Shown here: positions 10,772-20,197 of the stretch, piece after piece
Layout: each line of letters begins with the position of its first letter
Position numbering within the stretch: position 1 is the stretch's first letter
Source: a virus
Lineage: Duplodnaviria > Caudoviricetes
DNA: 64,000 nt
Reading direction: 5' to 3' (one strand)
Virus record (IMG/VR): IMGVR_UViG_3300035498_000956
The notes under the pieces: generated by a model
Database searches by the model: none
What the model saw: only the letters and a program-made list of their open reading frames with translations
Told to the model about the DNA's origin: nothing
Program-made: the position numbers and the translations under genes

Positions 10772-11860
10772 ATGGAGTTAAATCAAAATCAAAAGAAAGC
10801 AATCGAAGCCACTGAAAATAAAGTCCTTGTAGTTAGTTCTGCGGGCAGTGGAAAAACCACCACATTAACAGAAAGAATTAAATTCTTACTTAATCAAGGG
10901 GTTAATCCAAATCAAATTGTTGCCATATCTTTTACAAATATGTCAGCAGAAGAAATGAGACGTAGGATTCCTAACGCTCCTAAAGAATTATTTATAGGCA
11001 CACTACATAGTTACGCTAATAAAATTCTTCAATTAAACGGGGTAGATACTACCGATGCAATAGCAAATCAAAAATTCGATTGGTTAATAAATGAAGGCAT
11101 TAAAGCTAAAAAGATTCCAACAATTAGACATCTATTAATTGATGAATTTCAAGACTTATGTGATAATGAATATTCTTTTGCTTGTCATTTAAATGCTGAT
11201 AATTTCTACGCTGTAGGTGACCCAAAACAATATATCTATGGTTTTAAAGGAGCAAATGACGATTTCATTTTTAATCTATATTATGATAAAGCTTGTACAA
11301 AATACTATTTAAGGGAAAACTATCGTTCTTATGGCAACATCCTATCATTCGCAGAAGAAAAAATTCAATATTTAAAAAGAAAAATTCCTTGTAAGATAAT
11401 TCCTAAATTACAAGGCACAGGTTACATAGAAAAATGTAGCTTTTCTGACGCACTACAAGATCTCTACTATAGTGGAGACTGGAATAACTGGTTTATTCTA
11501 GCACGAACTAATGCTGAAATTGAATATGTAATGGGCGAATTAAGAAAGAAAAGTATTCCTTGCACAACTTTCAAACAAGCAGATATGAACTCATTTGAAT
11601 TAGACGATTTAATGCAAGAAGATACAGTCAAAGTCTTAACAGTTCATGCCGCGAAAGGACTTGAAAGAGAAAAAGTAATTGTTGTCGGGGCAAAAATGTA
11701 TAATGAAGATGAAGAAAGAATTAGTTATGTTGCGGCGACAAGAGCAAAGAAAGTTCTCTATTGGTGTCCTTCACCTAAAATAGCAAAAAACAAATATAAC
11801 AAGCACGTTGACAATCGTAAATCAACAAAACTATCAAATGTAAAAATGATGGAGTGGTAA
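10772..11860 (+). CDS. Compact UvrD/PcrA-like SF1 helicase
   Basis: SAGSGKT, IDEFQD, VGDPKQYIY, ENYRS, TVHAAKGLE, YVAATRAK. Confidence 0.9.
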   Translation: MELNQNQKKAIEATENKVLVVSSAGSGKTTTLTERIKFLLNQGVNPNQIVAISFTNMSAEEMRRRIPNAPKELFIGTLHSYANKILQLNGVDTTDAIANQKFDWLINEGIKAKKIPTIRHLLIDEFQDLCDNEYSFACHLNADNFYAVGDPKQYIYGFKGANDDFIFNLYYDKACTKYYLRENYRSYGNILSFAEEKIQYLKRKIPCKIIPKLQGTGYIEKCSFSDALQDLYYSGDWNNWFILARTNAEIEYVMGELRKKSIPCTTFKQADMNSFELDDLMQEDTVKVLTVHAAKGLEREKVIVVGAKMYNEDEERISYVAATRAKKVLYWCPSPKIAKNKYNKHVDNRKSTKLSNVKMMEW

Positions 11861-11863
11861 TAT

Positions 11864-12382
11864 ATGGCAATTTATGTAACAAGTGATAATCATTTTTGTG
11901 AGAAATGGGAGGAGAGAGGATTCTCCTCCGAGTCTCAATTGAATGATTACTTAATTGAAAAATGGAATCAAACAGTTCAACCTAATGATGAGGTCTATGC
12001 TCTTGGTAATTTTGCTCATGGACAAATTAAATCAATAGAAGATGTATTTAAAAGACTTAATGGAAAAATTACAATTTTTTATAATGATACTTGTGAACAG
12101 CTTTTACGTCCTATATGGGAAAATATTGGGGCTTATAAAGCAATTCACTATTCATATTTTTCAAGTAAACTAAAATTGAATTTTTACTATTATCAAGATA
12201 AAATCAAGAGACCTCTAGAAGAGGATTGGTTAATATGTTACGGCGGCGAACAAGACAGCAATCCTGTGTGGAGTGATTACGGTTTATCTGTCAACGCAGC
12301 TTATTGGGATAATTGCCCAGTAAATATAGATGATGTAAGAGATATTTGGGAGAGAATGAAGGACTGGCAGGAGGAAAAATAA
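11864..12382 (+). CDS. Calcineurin-like phosphoesterase, degenerate
   Basis: TSDNHF, WNQTV..D.VY.LGNF; GNHD missing; resembles 19667..20197. Confidence 0.6.
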   Translation: MAIYVTSDNHFCEKWEERGFSSESQLNDYLIEKWNQTVQPNDEVYALGNFAHGQIKSIEDVFKRLNGKITIFYNDTCEQLLRPIWENIGAYKAIHYSYFSSKLKLNFYYYQDKIKRPLEEDWLICYGGEQDSNPVWSDYGLSVNAAYWDNCPVNIDDVRDIWERMKDWQEEK

Positions 12383-12990
12383 TGATAAAGATTTTTAATA
12401 TAGAGATTGATGGATGGCAAGCGGCGATAAGAGGAATGAGAAATCCTATGAATAGTTGGTCTAAAAGCGATAGTACTTATTCTCCTCTTGAAATAGGTCA
12501 AGCGGATTTACAGCTCATGACAAATTTGTCTAAGGCGGGGACAGAACATGGTAAGTTCATGAGAATGATTAACATTACTTTTGATATTGAAGCACCATTA
12601 TATTATTGGAAAGAATTTGATACTTATAAAGTTGGCACAACTCGTAATAGTTGTAGCACTATGCATAAAATTCAATCTAAAGAATTTACTTTAAATGACT
12701 TTTCTTGTGAGCATTTAAATGAAGATTCTATTAGAGGATTGGGTACTATTGTTCAAATTTTAAATAAGTATCGAGGAGATTTTAATAGTACAAAAAATAA
12801 AGACGACTGGTGGCAAATGATTCAGCTTTTACCTTCCAGCTATAATCAAAAAGCAACCATATCAACAAATTATGCTGTATTAAAAAATATATATCATCAA
12901 AGAAAAAATCATAAGTTAGACGAGTGGAGAGAATTTTGCGATTGGATTGAAACGTTACCTTACGCACAAGAACTAATAGTAAACGCTTAA
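12382..12990 (+). CDS. ThyX-like (Thy1 family) protein
   Basis: EHGKFMRMI.ITFDIEAPLYYWKEFDTYK, LLPSSYNQ, NIYHQRKNHKLDEW; start placed at the ATG after RBS GGAGG. Confidence 0.65.
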   Translation: MIKIFNIEIDGWQAAIRGMRNPMNSWSKSDSTYSPLEIGQADLQLMTNLSKAGTEHGKFMRMINITFDIEAPLYYWKEFDTYKVGTTRNSCSTMHKIQSKEFTLNDFSCEHLNEDSIRGLGTIVQILNKYRGDFNSTKNKDDWWQMIQLLPSSYNQKATISTNYAVLKNIYHQRKNHKLDEWREFCDWIETLPYAQELIVNA

Positions 12991-13039
12991 AAATCGAGGG
13001 CTTTATGCCCTTGATTTTTTCTTTAAAATACGCTATAAT
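12991..13039 (+). terminator. Terminator overlapping a sigmaA promoter
   Basis: aaatcgagggc/gcccttgattt stem; TTGATT(13011)-17-TATAAT(13034). Confidence 0.75.
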
Positions 13040-13073
13040 ATAAATGTAATAAAAATTAAGGAGGACAATACTT

Positions 13074-13493
13074 ATGGAAATAGAAAATAAAGATTGGTAT
13101 AATAAGATGACAGATGATGAATCACAAAAGGTAATATCCGTTATAGCAAGTTACATTAATAAAATGGCAGAAAGCAATAAAAGATTACGTCAACGAATCA
13201 CTGAAATGCAAGATTCAACGACTTATAAAAAACTTGAAGAAGAAAATAAAACATTAAGAGAACAGCAGACTCATAGTGTTAATTTCGGTTTAAGTCAAGA
13301 GCAAGTTGACTATGGTAAACAATTATTTCAAGAACACGTTGAACAGACACATCCAGATTCTGGCAAGTCTTTAATGACCCCTTATCATTATGAGATTTGT
13401 TTAGACGGCGGTGGAATATTCTCTAATGGAAAATATGTTGTTTGTGATAAATGTAAACTTAAAATGGAAATTAATAAAGATGAAAGAGAATAG
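13074..13493 (+). CDS. Hypothetical coiled-coil protein
   Basis: ORF with RBS AAGGAGG. Confidence 0.7.
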   Translation: MEIENKDWYNKMTDDESQKVISVIASYINKMAESNKRLRQRITEMQDSTTYKKLEEENKTLREQQTHSVNFGLSQEQVDYGKQLFQEHVEQTHPDSGKSLMTPYHYEICLDGGGIFSNGKYVVCDKCKLKMEINKDERE

Positions 13494-13798
13494 TTCCTAT
13501 TGATTTTTAATAGAGGGTATGATATGATTAATTTGTTAAATGAAATCGGGACAGATGAAATTTGGTTATTGACCTTACAAGGATTGGAAATGTTGACAAT
13601 TATTTTTTATCACTTGATTAATTAAAAACAGTTGATTTTCTTTTTAAATTATGATATAATAATTATAGTGAAATTGAGAAAGGAGTTTAAAATGAAATTT
13701 TTATTAGTGTGTGCCGTGTTATTTTTGCTTTATTACACTGGTACAGATATATTGTTATCAATATTTTTTGACGATAGAAAGTAAAGGAGAATATTTAT

Positions 13799-14047
13799 AT
13801 GGTTAGAACTGTTATTAGTGTACAATTTAAAGACAAGAATAAAGTATTTAGGGGTAGAAACTATGATTACATACTTAATAGAGAGGAGGAAATTCCTGAA
13901 AAGGGAACTATTGTTCGCTTACTGGATGATGATTATAATTATGTTGTCCACGGAACTAGATTAAAGATAAATGATATTCAAGAGAAGGATGTAAATGAGG
14001 AGGAGTATGTTTCTGTTCGTTACATCAGAGCTTCATTAGATGATTAA
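13799..14047 (+). CDS. Hypothetical protein
   Basis: ORF with RBS AAGGAG. Confidence 0.65.
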   Translation: MVRTVISVQFKDKNKVFRGRNYDYILNREEEIPEKGTIVRLLDDDYNYVVHGTRLKINDIQEKDVNEEEYVSVRYIRASLDD

Positions 14048-14059
14048 AGGAGAGATAAT

Positions 14060-14347
14060 ATGGCTAAGCGTATTACTGATGAGATGATTGTTCAGATTAA
14101 TGAAGAGTATAGTCGTGACCCAGTAAAAAGTCATGTAGCTAAAAAGCTGGGGATTTCCCCAGCGACAGTTACAAAATATCTAAAGGATAATTATCAAGAG
14201 ATAAAGAATCAAGTTGTAGAAAAAACTAATTTTGAACTACCTGACGCGGCGACAATAAAACTAGGTGATGATTGGGGAGCGTTATGTGCTTTATCAGAAG
14301 AAGAATGGGCGGAGTTGAAGGAATTGCAAAAGTCTATTCTTGTATAG
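14060..14347 (+). CDS. HTH DNA-binding protein
   Basis: KSHVAKKLGISPATVTKY helix-turn-helix. Confidence 0.7.
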   Translation: MAKRITDEMIVQINEEYSRDPVKSHVAKKLGISPATVTKYLKDNYQEIKNQVVEKTNFELPDAATIKLGDDWGALCALSEEEWAELKELQKSILV

Positions 14348-14360
14348 AAAGGAGAATTAT

Positions 14361-14645
14361 ATGACTAGTTTTGTAGTACAAAAAGCGTGTGATATGGTTA
14401 AATATATGATAAGACCTGATACTGATGATTGGGTTATCAAAACTGAGGGGTCATATGGTGTTTTTGCGGCGAGAGTTGTGGGATTGTCGTTTGCACAATA
14501 TCTACAATATATTAGGGATAATTATAATGGGATAATTGTAGGTAATCAAGGCTATAGCTCTATTCAATTTAAGAATAAAGCTGATGCCGAAAGATGTGCT
14601 AAATTTCTTAATGAACGCCTATTGATTGTAAAGGAGAATGTATAA
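14361..14645 (+). CDS. Hypothetical protein
   Basis: ORF, RBS AAGGAG; start moved to the ATG. Confidence 0.65.
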   Translation: MTSFVVQKACDMVKYMIRPDTDDWVIKTEGSYGVFAARVVGLSFAQYLQYIRDNYNGIIVGNQGYSSIQFKNKADAERCAKFLNERLLIVKENV

Positions 14646-15634
14646 TGAAAAGATTAATTATATTAGTAGGTCTGCCCGCAAGTGGCAAAAGCACAATAGC
14701 AAAAAATTTAGTCATTCAACATGGCGGAGTAGTTGTAGCTACTGATAAGATTAGAGAAGAGCTATATGGTACTAGAAAAGAACTGGGTGGTAAAGAAATC
14801 TTTACTGAAGCAAAAAATCGTATTATTAAAGCTTTTAAAGATGGGGAGAAAAACGTTTATTTTGATGCAACAAATCTACGTAGTAAGAAACGAGCATCAT
14901 TTATTAGGTCAATTCAAGAACAGATTGATGAGAAAATTTCTGTTGTAGCTCTTTTGATTGCTGTATCAAAAGATACAGTGAGAATCCAAAATGAAAGGAG
15001 ACCTCAAGAGCATCAAGTTCCAGCTTATGTGATAGAGAGGATGTTAAGAAATTTTCAAATGCCGATGTATCATGAAGGATTTAGTCACATTATAGTTTTT
15101 TATAATGATATTTTTAATTTTATGCATGAGTACAATATACATAATCAACATTTCTTTGGGGCAATATTAGATTTAATGGATTTTGACCAAGAAAGTCATT
15201 ATCACTCATTAACACTAGGCGAACACTTGTACGCAACTTGTATAAATCTTAGAGAAATGATGCGTGGAGATGCATTTAGAGACGGGCAAGAGGATAGGTT
15301 TCAAACTGTTTCTGAGGCTGGTTTATTGCATGATATAGGAAAGCAGTATACGAAGACGTTTTATAATACAAAGGGAGTATTAGATGATACAGCTCATTAC
15401 TATGGTCATGAAAGTTTTGGGGCGTATGAATCTTTATTCTATCCAACTAAAGCTAAGAGTGGTATGAAAGCGATTATTTATAGGGCACAGCTCATAAGCA
15501 ATCATATGATGCCATATCATTTTAATACTAAATCTCAAACAGAGCTAAATAAAAAATTGTTAAGGAAATTTAAAGACCAAAATTTCGTTGATGATTTAAT
15601 GTTGTTACATATGAGTGACGTTAATAGTCACTAA
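14645..15634 (+). CDS. Polynucleotide kinase (AAA_33) fused to an HD domain
   Basis: GLPASGKST, TDKIR, FDATN; H...LGEH, LLHDIGK, GHE, HM, D. Confidence 0.85.
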   Translation: MKRLIILVGLPASGKSTIAKNLVIQHGGVVVATDKIREELYGTRKELGGKEIFTEAKNRIIKAFKDGEKNVYFDATNLRSKKRASFIRSIQEQIDEKISVVALLIAVSKDTVRIQNERRPQEHQVPAYVIERMLRNFQMPMYHEGFSHIIVFYNDIFNFMHEYNIHNQHFFGAILDLMDFDQESHYHSLTLGEHLYATCINLREMMRGDAFRDGQEDRFQTVSEAGLLHDIGKQYTKTFYNTKGVLDDTAHYYGHESFGAYESLFYPTKAKSGMKAIIYRAQLISNHMMPYHFNTKSQTELNKKLLRKFKDQNFVDDLMLLHMSDVNSH

Positions 15635-15742
15635 TTAAATGGGTACTCTTATTTTTCTAGAGTACCCTAAAAGTGTTGATACTTAATCGTTAGACTAAAA
15701 CGTAAGACAAATGTCTTATGTAAATAAATTGAGGTGAATATT

Positions 15743-16288
15743 ATGGCAACAAAAGAAATTATTGATGCTTCTGTACTAGCTAATAGAGAATGTAATTGTA
15801 GTACTTCTAGTTCTAGTAGCACTACTTCTACGAAGCCTGATTGTGTTCCATATCCTCCTCAGGGTTTCTATCCTCCTTATCCTCCTTATCCATATCCTGC
15901 ATCATATCCAGCAGGCGATGGTCCAGAGGCTATAAACCCTTGCAAAAATTCTATCGAAGTTCAAATTGCAAAAATGAGCAAGAAGGCTTCTGTAATCAGA
16001 AAGATGTTAAATAATCTACAAAAGAGACGTAAGCCAATCATCATTTCTATTGGTGGGGTGCAATATAATTTCGGTTGCTATTCTACTATATCTGAGAACG
16101 GTGAGGAAGTAAGCGTTGTAGATTCTACTTCTGCTGATGAAATTAATTATGGTGAGCAAGTAGAAGAAATGCTTGTTTACGAGTTAAAGGCAATTATAGC
16201 AAAGATTGAAGAATTATCTGCTGAATTGACTGAAAGTATTGAAATAGGGGATCTTCCTGAAGGTACTGAGTCAACAGTTACGGCTTAA
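15743..16288 (+). CDS. Hypothetical protein with a Pro/Tyr-rich segment
   Basis: PYPPQGFYPPYPPYPYP; followed by a terminator. Confidence 0.65.
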   Translation: MATKEIIDASVLANRECNCSTSSSSSTTSTKPDCVPYPPQGFYPPYPPYPYPASYPAGDGPEAINPCKNSIEVQIAKMSKKASVIRKMLNNLQKRRKPIIISIGGVQYNFGCYSTISENGEEVSVVDSTSADEINYGEQVEEMLVYELKAIIAKIEELSAELTESIEIGDLPEGTESTVTA

Positions 16289-16304
16289 TTAGTACAGAAC
16301 GAAA

Positions 16305-16338
16305 TAAGGAGAGGTATATTTACCTCTCTTTTTCTTTT
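16305..16338 (+). terminator. Intrinsic terminator
   Basis: aagagaggta/tacctctctt stem plus T-run. Confidence 0.75.
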
Positions 16339-16497
16339 CCTATTGATTTTGTTTAAAGACTATTATATAATTAATATAGAAAATCAAAAGCAAACAGCTA
16401 GAAAAAACGTTTAGAACTTAAACGTTAAAACCTAGTTGAAAAAATCTTTAGATTACGATATAATATTAATAGAAAATCAAGAGAGGAGAAATCGAGT

Positions 16498-16935
16498 ATG
16501 AAAGTAACTGTTAAAAAAATTCCAAAGGGTAAACAATCTTATAAGCATTGCCTTAAAGAAGAAATTCCTTTTTGGGAAAAGGATAACTTTGAGTGTAATG
16601 ATAAAGAATATTTTAAAGCATTCAAAAATACCTATGGTTTTAGCCCCGCTGAAGTGTGGAGCTTAGACTATACGATTGCACGTTTTGTATTACCTCGCCT
16701 TATTTACTTTAGAGATAATCTAAACGGTTGTCCATCTTCTTTTATAGAAGACCCACTTAATAGTGAATCTTGCAATGCAGGACATGAGAAATGGGAAGAG
16801 GCTTTAAATAAAATGATTAAGGCTTTCTATCTGCTCGCCAACTATGACTGGTTTGACTATAGACAAAAGGATAGAGAGACTATTAAAGAGGGGCTTGAGT
16901 TATTTGCTAAGCACTTTACAAACCTTTGGGATTAA
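16498..16935 (+). CDS. Conserved-looking phage hypothetical protein
   Basis: WSLDYTIA..LPRL..F and GLELFAKHFTNLWD pattern; own promoter and RBS. Confidence 0.7.
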   Translation: MKVTVKKIPKGKQSYKHCLKEEIPFWEKDNFECNDKEYFKAFKNTYGFSPAEVWSLDYTIARFVLPRLIYFRDNLNGCPSSFIEDPLNSESCNAGHEKWEEALNKMIKAFYLLANYDWFDYRQKDRETIKEGLELFAKHFTNLWD

Positions 16936-16949
16936 TAAGGAGGCACTAT

Positions 16950-17309
16950 ATGTATAAAATTGTTGATACCAATAGTGAAACTGCAGAGACTAAATTCTTT
17001 CATAATCTTTATGACGCTTGTTATTTCTTTGCTGAGCAAACTGTTGATTTTGATGCATATAATGATTTAATTGACGAATGTTATAACACATATGAAATTA
17101 TGGGGATGGAGTATTCACCATCATATGTGTTTAAAACAATTGACCCAATTGCATATGAGTGCAGTTATGATGATTATCTTGACGGCGTAGCAAGTGATTA
17201 CTATTACGAACTAGGCATGATAGATGCAGAAGAATTTCAAAAAGGATATGATTATGTAAGTTGTGGATATACAATTTACGAGATAGAAGGAGGAGCAATA
17301 AATGAATAA
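16950..17309 (+). CDS. Acidic hypothetical protein
   Basis: RBS AAGGAGG; FKTIDPIAY motif shared with 42209..42874. Confidence 0.7.
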   Translation: MYKIVDTNSETAETKFFHNLYDACYFFAEQTVDFDAYNDLIDECYNTYEIMGMEYSPSYVFKTIDPIAYECSYDDYLDGVASDYYYELGMIDAEEFQKGYDYVSCGYTIYEIEGGAINE

Positions 17310-17604
17310 TGTAGATACAATTAAAATTATCAATAGTATAATGAAGAAAACCTTTACATTTAAGGTAACCCAAGTAGATATTCTAGAAGATGACGGCGAA
17401 AAGAAGAAATTAGGGGTTTCTAATTGTGAGTATGAAAAGACTTCTAGAAAGAAATTTATCAAGGATTTAGTGGATACTTCTACTGATATACCAGTAGAGA
17501 TTTGCTATGGTGAGCCAGATAGATATCAAATGGGGCATATCTATTTAAGACGAGATGGTAAATTTGCATATATGCTTGCCCCAAGAATTGATACTGTTGA
17601 TTAA
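17302..17604 (+). CDS. Hypothetical protein
   Basis: ORF with RBS. Confidence 0.6.
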   Translation: MNNVDTIKIINSIMKKTFTFKVTQVDILEDDGEKKKLGVSNCEYEKTSRKKFIKDLVDTSTDIPVEICYGEPDRYQMGHIYLRRDGKFAYMLAPRIDTVD

Positions 17605-17682
17605 AATTGTAGATTATAATATAATAATTACAGTGATTGAGAGAAATATTTAAATGTTTTTAATTGAAAAGGAGAAAATTAT

Positions 17683-18027
17683 ATGAACGCAACAGAAAGA
17701 AAGAATTTTGCAAAGGATGTTTTAGTCAAAAACCTAGACCTAGAAGGTTTTACTCAAATTGGGGATTATGAATATGCGTTTCCTGTTTATATGCCCGATG
17801 ATACCGTAATGTACGCTCGTTTTGAGGTTAAGGCTTGTAGTGAAAAAGATGTAAATAGAAAGGATGGCACTGTATTAAAAGCATTTGATATTGATAGTGC
17901 TGTAGCTAAATATCAAGAGAAGCTAAATGAAAAGGCGGAGAAGTTAGCTAAGAAGGCACAAAAATCTAAGAAAACAACTAAGAAGAAAGAAACTGAAGAA
18001 ACTCCTACTGAGATGGTAGATTTTTAA
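17683..18027 (+). CDS. Hypothetical protein with a Lys-rich tail; possible distant relative of the 45777/47593/51845/56478 family
   Basis: Own promoter and RBS; similar architecture. Confidence 0.65.
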   Translation: MNATERKNFAKDVLVKNLDLEGFTQIGDYEYAFPVYMPDDTVMYARFEVKACSEKDVNRKDGTVLKAFDIDSAVAKYQEKLNEKAEKLAKKAQKSKKTTKKKETEETPTEMVDF

Positions 18028-18176
18028 AGGTATTGACTTTTTTCAAATAGTGTGATATAATAGACGTATAGCTTGGAAGTTCCCTCACTTCTAAGAAATA
18101 ATATAGTATTTATTTGTTAATTAGGACTAGCTTAATAGCTAGTCTTAATTATTAAAATTTGTATGGAGGGCTGACA

Positions 18177-18935
18177 ATGATTAATAATGATATACAAAAA
18201 TATACAGAGCGATGTATGTTGTTCTATTTTTTTGATTCAATACCATTATTGCGAAATGCTGAAAAAAATCGTGTTGTGCAAGACTTTATTGACATAAGAG
18301 ACATAGACAAAGAATTAGCAGATAAAATGGTATTATGTGCTAGAGATATAAGCAATGGATATGGAGAGCGTAGAGTTGGCAGAATTTTACTACAAACTTT
18401 AGCAACTTTAGACCCAACAAAAGTTATAAGGAATTTATCCACATTTGTTGAAATAGGTAGATGGGATGATTTATTTATATTAGAGGGCACTCCATGTGAA
18501 GATGCAATGTGGAAATTTATTAAAAAACAAATTAAACAAGATTTAGACGATATGAAAGATGGTAAAAATATTTCTTATTTATTCAAATGGATGCCATCTA
18601 TTAATACTTCTAGTAAAGAAAAAGTTAGATTAGCTAAAAAGATTTGTACACTCTTTGGTTACACTGAAAGAGAATATAGGAAAATGTTATCAAAAGGAAG
18701 GGAATATTTAAGAATAGTTGAAAGAAAAATGAGTGCAAATCAATGGGACGATATAATTTTTGAAGTTGTACCTGTCGCGGCGAAACGACAGTATCATAAA
18801 TCTTTCAAACGTCATTGTTCTTCTTTTGATTATGAACAAAAAGAATGTCCTATTCAAACTGTTGATGTTAATCAAGTGGAACAATCTCAATATGAACTAA
18901 TGATAGAAAAATTAAACAGTTACGAATATAAATAG
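18177..18935 (+). CDS. DUF2828 / TROVE-like protein, lacking a C-terminal vWA domain
   Basis: ARDI..GYGERRVGR, GRWDDL, KWMPS, YRKMLS, IVERKMS..QW. Confidence 0.75.
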   Translation: MINNDIQKYTERCMLFYFFDSIPLLRNAEKNRVVQDFIDIRDIDKELADKMVLCARDISNGYGERRVGRILLQTLATLDPTKVIRNLSTFVEIGRWDDLFILEGTPCEDAMWKFIKKQIKQDLDDMKDGKNISYLFKWMPSINTSSKEKVRLAKKICTLFGYTEREYRKMLSKGREYLRIVERKMSANQWDDIIFEVVPVAAKRQYHKSFKRHCSSFDYEQKECPIQTVDVNQVEQSQYELMIEKLNSYEYK

Positions 18936-18991
18936 GGTCAATGTTTAAAAGGAAACAGCTATCTCTGAGGTTCGAATCCTCAGTTGACCCA
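18935..18991 (+). ncRNA. tRNA-like RNA lacking an anticodon arm
   Basis: Acceptor stem GGGTCAA/TTGACCC, T-arm CTGAGG-TTCGAAT-CCTCAG, D-like hairpin TGTTT-AAAAGG-AAACA. Confidence 0.6.
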
Positions 18992-19024
18992 TCAGTAAGA
19001 GAGGTTCGCCTCACTTAATTTTAA

Positions 19025-19104
19025 AAGACTTTTACAGCTTTTTAATGTTTAAACGAAAGTCTTGCATTTAAGACCTACACAGCATTATTTTATTTAATAG
19101 GTCT
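19025..19104 (+). ncRNA. Two related AGAC...ACAGC...GTCT hairpins
   Basis: aagacttt/aaagtctt and agaccta/taggtct stems, each with ACAGC just 3' of the 5' arm. Confidence 0.45.
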
Positions 19105-19110
19105 AGTCAT

Positions 19111-19146
19111 AAAAGATAGGGGAGCTTTGCTTCCCTATTTTTGTTT
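19111..19146 (+). terminator. Intrinsic terminator
   Basis: atagggga gc/gc ttccctat stem plus T-run. Confidence 0.7.
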
Positions 19147-19248
19147 GCAGATTTTTATTGCTTTGTCTGTTGATTCTGCCCGCAAATTATGATATAATAA
19201 TTATAGTAAATGAGGAAAGCAGAGACCGCAGATGAAGGGAGAATGTGT

Positions 19249-19617
19249 ATGAGAGATACTATAGAGAAACCAAGGTTTATATGCACTGGTAAGGAAGAGA
19301 ACTATAATGTCCATACTTATGCTGTTGATAAGAACAGTTCTAAGAAATGGAATGAGTACACAATCTATAACATAGTGTTGTCAGATGGTCGTGTTACCAC
19401 GTACTTTGATGATGTATCAGAAGCTGTTGAGTATGCTAAGAAAAGGCTAGTTGTAAAGGGTAGAGGTAAGGTAACAAAGGCTCTTGCACAGATACTAATA
19501 CAAGATAGTAAAACTGGGGCGGAGCATCTAGTGGCTTTAGTTGAAAAGGAGATAGTCCGCCACTATAGAATGATAGGTAAACCTAAAGAGATAAAGTTAG
19601 AAGACGAAGAAATGTAG
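19249..19617 (+). CDS. Hypothetical protein
   Basis: Own promoter; start adjusted to the RBS. Confidence 0.6.
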   Translation: MRDTIEKPRFICTGKEENYNVHTYAVDKNSSKKWNEYTIYNIVLSDGRVTTYFDDVSEAVEYAKKRLVVKGRGKVTKALAQILIQDSKTGAEHLVALVEKEIVRHYRMIGKPKEIKLEDEEM

Positions 19618-19666
19618 ATTATAATGGGCGGGCGGATGGGATTAATACTTTAAAGGAGGGCTGTTT

Positions 19667-20197
19667 ATGAGAGAACTATTTACGGCAGATCTTCATATCG
19701 GGCATACAAATATTATCAAACATTGCAATCGCCCCTTTGAAGATACAGATGAAATGAATAAAATAATACTTGATAATTGGAATAAGACTGTACAAAGAGA
19801 TGACCTTGTATATATACTTGGTGATGTTGCTCTAAGTAATAGATATGGAGTTGAAGAATTTCTTCAAAAAGCTAAAGGTAGGAAAATTCTTATTAAAGGA
19901 AATCATGATGGCTGGGTTAAAGGTCATTTTAGATTTTTCTTTGAGGATGTGCTTTCTTATCTTCAAATCAGGAGAAATGGAAAAATCATTACAATGTGTC
20001 ATTATCCAATGATGAGTTGGGAGGGCATTAATAAAAATGGTATTATGCTATACGGACATATACATAATAATAGACCAATGATTTATCTACCTCAAATGTA
20101 TAATGTAGGAATGGATGTTAATGGATTTAGACCTGTTACTCTTGATGAGGCAGTAATGAATAATAAGGAATATTATGGAGAGGAGTATGATATATAA
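19667..20197 (+). CDS. Calcineurin-like metallophosphoesterase
   Basis: ADLH, LGDV, GNHD, CHYP, GHIH. Confidence 0.9.
   Translation: MRELFTADLHIGHTNIIKHCNRPFEDTDEMNKIILDNWNKTVQRDDLVYILGDVALSNRYGVEEFLQKAKGRKILIKGNHDGWVKGHFRFFFEDVLSYLQIRRNGKIITMCHYPMMSWEGINKNGIMLYGHIHNNRPMIYLPQMYNVGMDVNGFRPVTLDEAVMNNKEYYGEEYDI

Noticed and set aside
18935-18991. Functional decoding tRNA
   Set aside because: No anticodon arm; reported as a tRNA-like RNA instead
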